From Nageia nagi (lineage: Eukaryota; Plantae; Pinophyta), in contig JBITNC010000001.1 in the NCBI GenBank assembly GCA_050084985.1, forward strand, positions 184,450,001-184,514,000: a DNA stretch of 64,000 bases, in the 5' to 3' direction. The position numbers and the translations under genes were made by a program. The notes under the pieces are model-generated. The model was not told the DNA's origin. It saw nothing but the letters and a program-made list of their open reading frames with translations, and did no database searches. This document shows, piece after piece, positions 53,696 through 64,000 of the stretch; positions within the stretch are counted from its first letter, which is position 1, and each line of letters opens with the position of its first letter.

Positions 53696-55474
53696 TATCA
53701 TGATCTATTTATGATGATAGTCAGTACATGGTTTGTATACAACAAGTGACTATAAGTATTGGATTGGCATCTTTATGATGAATTATAGTGCACCATTGAT
53801 CAATGTATGGATGTAATTACTTGATTCATTTATCCTTATTGATATGAATGTGTACATGATGCATCTAGCTAATCTTATTTTTTTGAGCTACCTATAGCTT
53901 ATAGGTTTCTTCTTGAGATTGTAAGTTATTTACTTAAAGTGTGAAGGCTCATGGAGGCTCCTCATGTAAAATTTTGGTTGTATAACTACTTTATATACAT
54001 TGAAACTAGTTACATTTAATGATTGTATTATAAACCATTTGTTAGAATGGTAAAGTAGTGAGTCTCAAACTAAGATCTTGCTTATTTCATAAATATGTAA
54101 ATTTTCTCATCTTTGATTGTATATATATTAGGATAACTCTCTTTTTAGTCTCTCTTTCTTCCTTCTTCTTCATTCTATCTCAATATTGCATTAAGGGGGA
54201 GTGTTGGAATGCATAATACATCATTCTAAGGTTTTGTAAGGTTCTTCTTTTAAATTCACCAATACTTAAATGTATTTTTAAATTCCTTAAGTATTTAAGT
54301 GAATATGATAATATAACTTATTCTACACTCCATCTCATGAGCATGCCTCTTAGGTAAAAGTGTGTAGCATGTCATTACATTGTACATTAATTTAAAGGAT
54401 AATCCAAGGGAGAATTTTGGCCTATAAATAGAAGGCCCTCTCCTTGAGATCATACATCAAAAGTTGAAGCAAATTTATGCTCTAGGATTCATGTCAGGAG
54501 AGGGAGAAAAAGGTCTTGTAAGAGAGTTGTATTAGTAAATGAGAAAGATCTTAGTTAATAAATATACTCTCATGGTTGGAGGAATCATTTTATATGTGTA
54601 TCAAATTTATGAGATTGGCTATTATGTTTATGCTTTAAGTGTTGATGTTTAAGAGAGATTTCAAGTGATCTTGATAGATTAGGATTTTGTTCTTTAAATA
54701 TTAAATCCTTGAAAATTCCTCTTTCATTTTGGAGGAGGTGGGTTATCTTGCTTATCCTTATAATCATAAATGTTGATACCTTAAAGTGGTCCCCTTAACA
54801 TGGTCCACCTAGGTATAACTTACATGTTTTAATCACATTTAGTCACATTTAATCATATTTTACCTTATTATTATATATTTCTCAAGTTGTGTTCTTATAT
54901 GTTATGTTAATTACACCAGGATAGCTACTACCTACACACAAGGGGTAAAATGGTGAATCATGCCTGATATAAATGTAAGTATATCTAACCTTGGGAAACC
55001 ATGTCAATATTACATTTCAATAGTTGGTACCCTACACTTTGGTGTTTCTAAACATCACCTATTGAAATTAGAATCTTGTTGTCACTCAAGCAAATATATA
55101 TTATCCACTTCCATGATAATATGTTTGGTTTGACTTTTCAACATCTCTATTGTCATCAATCCTTTTTGGTGAACCTCATTCTTCAAGATTGTTAGTGCTT
55201 ACAATGAGGTTCACATATACATTGAGCTCTTTAATATGAGCACCTATGTTGATGTTTCTTCTGTAGTTGGGCTTAGGTTTCGCACAACAAGGTCACCACT
55301 CTTTGATAAGTTCTTCCATCATATTCTTGACCTCAACATAGGTAAGAACACATAAGTATTTATCTTTCACTCAATTCCTTTCTCTTTAGTGCATGTATGT
55401 TGTGTTTTACATCTTGACAATACTATAATTTTGTTGGTCAATTACTGCACTATTTAATTCCCTTATTCATGTAT

Positions 55475-55478
<4 letters not shown>

Positions 55479-55550
<72 letters not shown>

Positions 55551-55570
55551 TGTGTGTGTGTGTGTGTGTG
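55479..55570. repeat. (TA)n plus (TG)n microsatellite inside the 5' LTR
   Basis: Directly visible. Confidence 0.95.
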
Positions 55571-56259
55571 ATTTTAGGTCATTTAGAGGTAAACCTAGGT
55601 GTATCAAAACACATATCAACATATTGGCACCAACCATTCTTTGCATTTTTTTATTTTGATTTAAGGTTAGAACATAAATGCTCTAAAACCTATAATTCAA
55701 ATGTGAAACCTATTAAAGGTCCTATTTACACACTATATTGCTAAGGTATTTTTTGTTATTAATAATGAAAATGTACATATTAATACTAACCCTGTATCTA
55801 ATAAAACTTCAAAAAGAAGAATAATTGGTAGGCCTAAAGTAGTTCAAAGGCAATGTGAAAGAATTTGAAACAAACAACTATATATCAATGTATAGGTTAA
55901 GATAACAAAAGAAGCTACTAATAGTGCTTTAAATCAAAAGAGCTTTGTAGATAGCTTTAATAGTTTAGCTAAGATAGTAAATTAGAGGGTTAATTTAGAT
56001 AATACATGATATAAAACCCCTTAGAATCAAAACCTCCTATCACAACTAAATAGGATATCATTGCTCAATTGAGTGATGATGAGATATTCTAGAAAGTCAT
56101 GAGTTCCAAGGAAAATAAGCATAGATTCATCAAAATTCTTAGTAGATTATTGATTAAATAAAATGCATAGTAGTTGATTCCCTTGAAGATGAAGAAATGG
56201 TAAAATAATGCAAGTTATTGTATTGTATTAGGTATAAGGAGAACATTCCTCCTAATGAC

Positions 56260-58450
56260 ATGACTCTTACACCTCAAAACATGAATTTGGGATTCTTCAT
56301 GAATAGATCTTCTCCCATGTCAAATGTATAGCTATTTATCCTTCCTAAAGCTAGTGTAGATGCCCACATCAGCACGAGTGCTAACCTTAGTGCAAGAGCT
56401 AAAATTCAAAAAAAGATAGTAGTTCTAATTATACCAATAGTTTTCATGATGGATATAGCTTAGGAAAATCAACAAGATATCACTGACCTAATCAATAGTG
56501 TTAGTGAAAAGCTTATTCAACCTACTACATTACAATCCTTACTTCATCAAGAATCCCATGTTGATCATTCAACTCTAGTGGATGATGGATTTGTTGCACA
56601 AGTTTGACAAAATAGATAGGATGAACTTTTTATAGACTTGGATGATGATACAAATATATTTGTTAAGGATGAATGTGAACAAGATGATCATACAAAATAT
56701 GAAGAAATCAACAAGATTCTAGCAGATATTGATACACCTCATTCAGATTGGTCAAAAGAAGATAATAGGGTTAGAATAAAATTTCTTCACTCATTTGATG
56801 AACAAGTCTTAGCAAACAAAAATATTCTTGAAAAGATCAAATACTATAAATTGATACTTCACAAAGTACATAATGAAAAAACAACTAAAATAGAAATATT
56901 TTAGGTCAAGAATAAGCAACTAGTTTAATGTGCTCGCACAAATGAGAGAAAATATTAAGAGGAATAAGAAGATAGACTACTTTCCCAAGCTACATAACCC
57001 ATTCTTAGATGGACTCAAGAAGAGAATGACATCAAATGTGTAAATATTCTTAAATGTGATAGAGAAAATATGATATTTATGTCTCACAATGAAAGAGATT
57101 GGTATGTCTCAACCATATTGCATAACATCATCCATGAAAGGAATGACAAAATAGGATTTTTTGTAATCTTCAATCATAGACAACAATTACCTATATTTGA
57201 AGAAGAATAAAAATTTGAATAGCCAATGGAACATGCAAAGGAATACATTCCAATTGTCATTCTTGCTCCACCCTTGGAGCCTACAATACTTATGATAGAT
57301 CAAGATAAAATTGAAGGCATACAATAACAAGTTAAGAAAATCACCAAGTAACAAGGATTAGCTCCTCAAAAAAAATGATATAACAACCCTTTATGTATAC
57401 AAATTAAAAATATGATACTACTTTCTAATAAAGAGTTGGAGTTTACAAGGTTTTATGGTACTACTGATTCATGTCTTCATGTATGTATTTTTTTGATGAA
57501 GTATTTTTAATCACTTTGGATGAGGACTTGTATGCAAATTTATTCACTTTGCCTTCAAAAGGAGAAGCCTTAAAATGGTTTAACAAATTGCCACATGGTA
57601 GCACTAGTAGCTTTAGATAGTTAAAAATTGCCTATTGTGATCATTTCTAACTTCATATTGTAAAGAAATTTACATTCAGTGACATGTTGAAGCTAAGATA
57701 AAGAGAAGGGTAGTCAATTGAAAATTTTATTATATTTTGGACCAAAAGGCTAATGAGATTCATGTAGACAATGATATGAAGATCATGGCCTTCTTGGAGG
57801 CACTATAGTCAAAGTATGTAGCAAAATTTTTCAATTATCGAAATTTGCCTCTTGATGCATTTCTACAAGTATTATTATAAAAAGAACAATTTAACATCAT
57901 ATATGAATATTGGAAATAAAAATCAAAGCAAAAAGGGGATAAATCACCTCCACAATCACAACATCAAAATAAAAAGGAACATTATCATGAAGAGCCAATA
58001 GTATCCAAAGTGTAACAAGTACAACCCTACAATAGCAACAATGGAAGTTCACAAAGTTGAAAAAGAAGAAAAATTGATTTACACATAATGTTAGAAATTT
58101 CCTATACATAAATTTACACATATCTATGATGACATAGATGAGGTTACAAGAGCTTTGATCAAGAAAATGTTATTGGTTCCACCACCTAAGCCTACAGCTT
58201 AGCCATCCTTTAAGCAAGAGTGCTAAAGGAGTGCAAATCAGATGAGTTTTTTGAATACCATTAATAAAAAGGATACACAACAAAGTATTGTGTTACATTG
58301 CTCAATAAGATTCAGGATCTAATTGATAAAAATAAGTTTGCTTTTCTAGAGCCAAAGTTAGGTGATCAAATAAAGCCATTAAAAGTTCTTTTATATGAAA
58401 ATAACAAGACTATAGGCATCTTCAACAATCCATTTTCAATTTTTTTCAAA
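56260..58450 (+). pseudogene. gag remnant with long N-terminal extension
   Basis: FYGTTDS..KGEALKWFNKLPHGS..DMLKLRxREG and knuckle-like EFFEYHxxKGYTTKYCVTLLNKIQDLIDKNK. Confidence 0.8.
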
Positions 58451-59629
58451 TCCAAGTCATCAAACACAAGTGTCAACTTTGTGAGTAATCTTCCTCAACC
58501 TTGGTATAAAGGTGCACATTATTGTTCTTTCTCTTGTTATTTATAGTTTTTTGACATGTATATAGTAATATAGGTATATTTGTTTTAGTTTTTTGATCAA
58601 ATTCCTTATAGATCTCTACATCCATGATAGGATGCAATTCACTAGTCTATCATCTCCACCACACTGAGGGCATTTATTCGTCACCAAAAGTCAGAACCTC
58701 ATATCATTTTATAGCTCTATGTAGGAACTAACCTCAACATGCATTTTGATCTCCCTACCAAATGTCAAGAAGCCAATAGTATATTTATGTTATCCATTTT
58801 CATTTAAGGTTCATAACCTATGCCTTGTGTGGATTTGTCATCACTTACTAAGAAAAATATGGCTTAGTTTAGTTTGATAAATTTTTGTGCTTAATGCCAT
58901 CTCTTAGTTACTTAACATTTCATCATCCATTCATGTTTCTACTTCCCCAAAGGATCAATCTAGTGTTGGAGAAGTTACTCCTAGCTCTGTTTGCTATTTA
59001 CCACACTAGCACAATGTTGGATTTCTTCACATATTTTGTGCATAGTTAAAACCTTTTTTCTTCTTAATCATCCTCCCCAATGCCTTAAATATGGTTTAGT
59101 TTTGCATTTATTCTTTACCTATATTATGGAAACTTAGGACTATATTTACATTTATATTCCCTTAATTACAACCATGAAGAAACTTTGCCTTCCCATATCC
59201 AAATAATGAAATAGCACACCTCAATGTTACTCTAACCTAATATATATCAACTATACATCCTAATCCATTAAAAATACCATCACCTACACTAGGATCAATT
59301 TATAATTTTCATATATATTCAATATTCCCAATACCTTGTTTATGTCATCCTAGTAATTACCCAATAATTCCATGAGTTCATTTCTTATTAACCATACATA
59401 TGTTAGGCAATTATAAACATTAAATCATTGATACAATAGAAATTTCATGAACACATATCATAAATATGTTGTGATATATATATTTCAATTACCAAAAAGA
59501 ATTAATGCATTATCTTTTTCAACTATACATCTAGTCAACCATATCATAAGTTAATTTCCTATGTTAACATTCCTAGTGGTACTATGATGACTTCTAGAAC
59601 TCCTAGAACTCTTGGAATTAGAGGTTCTA

Positions 59630-61700
59630 CTAAGAATTGGTCTCTTTATCCCAAAGTGTTCCTCCAATGCCACTACCTACACATGTAAGTATCCTTAATT
59701 TCCTAGTAGGTCCTCTATCTTTTTTTTTTAATTCAAAATACAATCGATCATCCCTAAGAAGTTTTTGATCTTGAGAGTCTTGATGCATCTTTTGTAGTGT
59801 CTCTACACATTGCTTCAAGGCCTCTAGGAATAACTTTAGTACCTCCATATCTTGATCTTTTATAGCACTCTCCTCCCTCAAGCTAGATAGGGTATCCTCC
59901 ATTTGTAGTCTAGCCACCTTCTCTAAATCTATGTTTAACTTATTTTGATCTACAAAATTCAAAATAAGGTATGTTAGTCATATTATTATTATTGCATGTA
60001 AACTAACTTGTAGGTACATAAATAAATATACTTACTGAGATCATTTTCAAGTTGATGTTGTATATCTACAATGGGGATCCCAATGGGCACATCCCACCCT
60101 CCTTGATCACCATGCTATAATGGCTCCTCCACTTGCACAGCTCCTTCCTCCTCATCTCCCTCATCACCTTCCTCCTCCTCCTCATCTTCTTCTTTTTCTT
60201 CTCCTTCTATAGCCTCCACCAACTCCTCTAGCCCATACAAATTGAGTGGATCAGGCCTCAATTTAGCCCACCATGTCAAGTAAGTTTGGTTAAATTATGG
60301 ACCATCAAGATCCTCATCCACCTCGCTATCTGAATCACTCCATGACTCATGGTCTTATGGAGGCATCCATTCCTCCACCCATTTGGAAGGAGTCTCATAA
60401 AGATTAGGTTCATGTGCCCTATACCTCCTAGTACTAAAAATAAAATTACATTCTAGTGGAATGCCTTATCTCTAGCCAAACTTTCTTATGAGCCTCTTGG
60501 TCCTATATGGTTCCATAAAAGTCTTCCATGTTCAAGTAACATGGTGTACATTGCCAGTCTAGCTTATCCCTTGACTTGTTTAGCTAATAAGTTATGGTCA
60601 TATATAGTCTATAGATCACATCACTTGTGAAACTTAAATTCATGAGTTAGTCTTTTTTCTCAAACTCATAAATCAATAAAATAATAAAATTAAACCATGT
60701 AAGCTAAGCTACTTACAACTCATAAAGCCATCCATTACTTTTCTATAGGCTTCAACAATCTTATGGACCTATGTATTCTTCCCATACTTGGCTCATCAAT
60801 AGCATGATGGATGATTAGGATGTATTCCATGTACAATAAGCTCCCTAGGTATCACCATATCAATATGCTCATAAGCCCAACACTATAGCAAAAATAAGTG
60901 TGCCACCCTCGTACCACTATTTTGCATCATCACAAAGTTATGTAGGTCATTGTATATCTGGGTAATAATATAAGGTTCCCATGCATAATGATGACCTTGC
61001 ATCATCTCATATATCACTTGTATCAACCTAAGTGGGAGCACCTCATGATTTTTATCTGGATACATAATTCTATCAATGCATGCTACCATAACCAATTGCA
61101 CCTACTTGATTCTCTTCATCTTGCTCCTAAATGTGTGATGAAGGAAGGCACCCTTCTTCCCCTCATGATACTCTCAAAACCTTATAAGCTAATCATTTTA
61201 TTGTTTTCACTAATCATCTATCATCCCGTCATCAAATAATATGGGTATCTTGTTCATAAGAACTTGTAAAATCCTATGAACATCCTTAGGAACTATGGTA
61301 ATCTCCATAGTAAAAAGATGAAATATGTTAGTCCTTTTGAACCATCTCTCCATAAGGGTCATGAGTAGCTCCTTATATACTCAAATGTATGGGGTGTGTA
61401 GGATCCATCCCCTACCAACATGATAAAATACATCCATCTCTTCCTTTATGTGCTTATCCTTTATGATTAAGTATTTCTTCTAACTTTGATACATAGGCTC
61501 AGGCTCCATGAGGAATTGACAACACTACAAATAGCAAAATGACAAGGTACCATTAATTTCAAAGTAATTTTCAATAAATTAAATGTGTATAAATTTCATT
61601 TATATATTTATATGACTCACTAATCAATTCCATGTGTAGTTATACACTTTCCCATTTAGGAATCCACTCTATCATGCCAATGCCCATGCTAATGTTAGTG
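59630..61700 (-). pseudogene. Spliced plant mobile domain (PMD, aminotransferase-like) gene antisense to gag
   Basis: ELLMTLMERW..EITIVPKDVHRILQV; IMYPDK..YAWEPYIITQIYNDL..LFLL*CWAYEH; acidic tract and coiled-coil tail; GT-AG introns at about 61620-61525, 60716-60624 and 60035-59950. Confidence 0.85.
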
Positions 61701-62834
61701 CCTATGTTGGGATTCTTGAGCCAAATTACCATAAAAATTGGGAGAAATCTCCCTTTACCCCTATAATTGACTAAAACCATGGTCTAACATCCTAAAGGCT
61801 ACTCTAAAAGCATAAATGACCAAACCCTAGCTATCATAGACCATAGCCTGAGATACTTATGATTTTTCCTAGCCACCCAATTTTTCATAAAAATTTTATG
61901 AAAAAAAAGCAATAAAAAGGTCTAAAACATCTACTACATCCATTGAAACTTTTTTGTTTCATAAGAGATATGATCTATGATTCTCTTGATGTATAATATT
62001 CATCCTCAAATACCAAATTGATTTAAAACTCAGGTAAAACATATGAAATTAGACCAAATTGATACAATTAGCAAATCTAATCATTTACCTCACAATGTTG
62101 ATCACCCCTAAGAATTCAATTCACCTAAACAAGCTCACTCAACTCCTCCTAGACTAAAGCTCAAATATCAAATAGTGAAAGTGATAAATAAGTCATTGTC
62201 TGGCCTATGTACCAAATTAGGATACATTTCACAAGGAAAGTATTAATTGATGGCCATATCTTACCTATCATGTCCCAAAAATATGTCTACATATCTTTTA
62301 ATTTATTTGATTCAAGTTTCAAAAAATCATGCACCTAAAATCACAATGAATCCTTATGTCCATGCTCACCTCAACACCCATGCTAGCTACCAATGCTCGT
62401 GCTATCATTCCTAAACATTTATGATCTCAGTCCAAAAATCACAAGCCCTATAGCTACATGTGGTATAAAAACCAACATAGGATAAATATATTTTAGAGAA
62501 TTAATTTTTTAAAGGCATGAATAGACATCCAATCAAAAAATGATGTGTCTCTCATATGTTCATTCTTGGATCCAACTTGTTCATCATGAAATCAAGCACC
62601 CTATCATATGATATTAGGTATAAAAACATCTTTTTTAGAACTATATATCATGATATAGGCTACATATTCAAAAAAAAATGTATATGTCATAAAATCACAA
62701 ATGCACATGATAAAGCTAGGATGTACATTGAGCTATAAAGGCATTAATTAGGCCAAATCATAGCATAAAAGCATAGTAGGTAAGTCACAAGGAGTATTCC
62801 TAACCTTATCTCTACTTTTTGCTAATCATTCATA

Positions 62835-63260
62835 TGATTGGGAAATATTCAAACTAATCATCATTGAATCACCTTTGTTGGTTGGGTCTCAACTAACCAT
62901 CACCCTTAATCACATCTAAGAATGTGGCATGTAACTCATGATGATGACTATGTCTCATTTCAATATCTAAGAATGAGACATGTACCTAATGATAATGAAT
63001 TACATATCATATAACATGATTGAGAAATATTCAAATCAACCATGTCTTCAAGTCACCTTTGTTGGTTAGCTCTCAACTAACCCTCACCATATTGCTCTTT
63101 TTTATTCATATGGTGCATCTAATAATGGGCCATGTACCTCATGACAATGTCAACATATATGGTTTTGATTGCATGTGTTCCATCTAGGAATGGGGCATGT
63201 ACCCCATGGTGATGTGGATACACCTTTATCATGATTCTCTTATGTATGCATCTAAGAATG
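62835..63260. repeat. Repeats upstream of the PPT: catctaagaatg(g/t)ggcatgtacctcatg units and a ~70-bp duplication
   Basis: Four to five copies; 62836-62906 resembles 63018-63088 and contains a ggttgggtctcaactaacc hairpin. Confidence 0.8.
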
Positions 63261-64000
63261 AAATATTAAGTATTTTATATTTAGTGTTCTTAAGATAATG
63301 TATGCATATTATATTTAGTTTTTCCTTGCTCCATTATTGTTATATCATTTGATGAAATACTATGATGTTCTCAAATTACTATTCATTACTATATCTTTTG
63401 AGTTAATAATCATATATGTGCTTGGAAGTGTTTGCCTCTCATTTTTAGGCTCATTCTTTACTCTTAGGTATTTCTACTACAAGCAAGCCATTACATCTCA
63501 CAACCAAGACAAAAAGGGGGCAATATACATCATAAAATCCTTGATGATCCAAATAGCTAAACCAAGGAAGTATCAAATTTTATTCTTCTCTTTACCTTTA
63601 CTTCCTTTGTAAGAATAATGTCATTTCAAGATTCAAATTCATTATACTTACAAAGGGGGCATTTGTTGATACCTAAAAGTGGTCCCCTTAACATGGTTCC
63701 ACTAAGGTACAACTTACATATATGTTTTAATCACATTTAGTCACATTTAATCATATTTTACCTTATTCTCATATATTTCTCAAGTTGTGTTCTTATGTTT
63801 TATGTAAGGTACATCGAGATGGATACTACCTTCACATAAGGGGTTAAATGGTGAATCATGCCTGATATAAATGTTAGTATCTCTAACCAAGGGAAAGCAT
63901 ATCAAGATTACATCTCGATAGTTGGTACCCTACACTTAGGTATTTCTAAATGTTTCCTATAGAGATTGGAATCTTATTATCACTTGAGCGAATATCTATT

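Larger units (their letters stand above)
47121..54712 (+). mobile_element. Ty1/copia LTR retrotransposon, degenerate, with TSD AAATT
   Basis: LTRs 47121 to about 47585 (3'-truncated) and 54202-54712; PPT ttaagggggag (54191-54201); aaatt at 47116-47120 and 54713-54717; the flanks rejoin into the MULE reading frame. Confidence 0.88.
54771..64000 (+). mobile_element. Pol-less Ty3/gypsy (Tat-like) LTR element with gag and antisense PMD gene; 3' LTR runs off the window
   Basis: 5' LTR 54771-55621 (TGTTGA...TCAACA); PBS-like tggcaccaacca; PPT aaagggggc (63652-63660); 3' LTR from 63664 collinear with the 5' LTR. Confidence 0.9.

Noticed and set aside
26290-54712. Pairing the 26290 LTR with the 54202 or 47121 LTR as one giant element
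   Set aside because: TSD AAATT and the rejoined MULE frame pair 47121 with 54712.
55469-55744. ORF with YIYIYI/CVCV runs
   Set aside because: Translation of a microsatellite within an LTR.

Overview
Eukaryotic, very AT-rich and strongly CpG/CHG-depleted plant heterochromatin. A conifer/gymnosperm host is likely, inferred from the style of the PLS-PPR repeats and retroelements. There is no intact host gene; nearly all listed ORFs are frameshifted, stop-riddled remnants or spurious. The window is a nest of old transposons. In order: a gag-only Ty3/gypsy 3' half plus a second LTR (1-5.4 kb); a ZNF862-like hAT-type element with a PMD/DUF1985-like accessory gene and four arrays of one motif (about 6.3-15.1 kb); LINE remnants (16.1-20.7 kb); gypsy extra-ORF and RT remnants (20.8-26.1 kb); and a copia LTR+PBS (26.3 kb) interrupted by a ~16 kb non-autonomous Helitron (27.3-43.1 kb). 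The Helitron contains a Tat-type gypsy pol plus LTR, a DUF8039-like exon, a tandem PLS-PPR array and an At3g11760-like domain that may be a cysteine protease. Next is a SWIM/MULE-type transposase pseudogene split by three LTR insertions: a young solo LTR with TSD ACCTT, a copia element with TSD AAATT, and a gag-only gypsy element carrying a spliced antisense PMD gene that runs off the window end. All translations and alignments were done by eye, and family assignments come from remembered motifs, not database searches.
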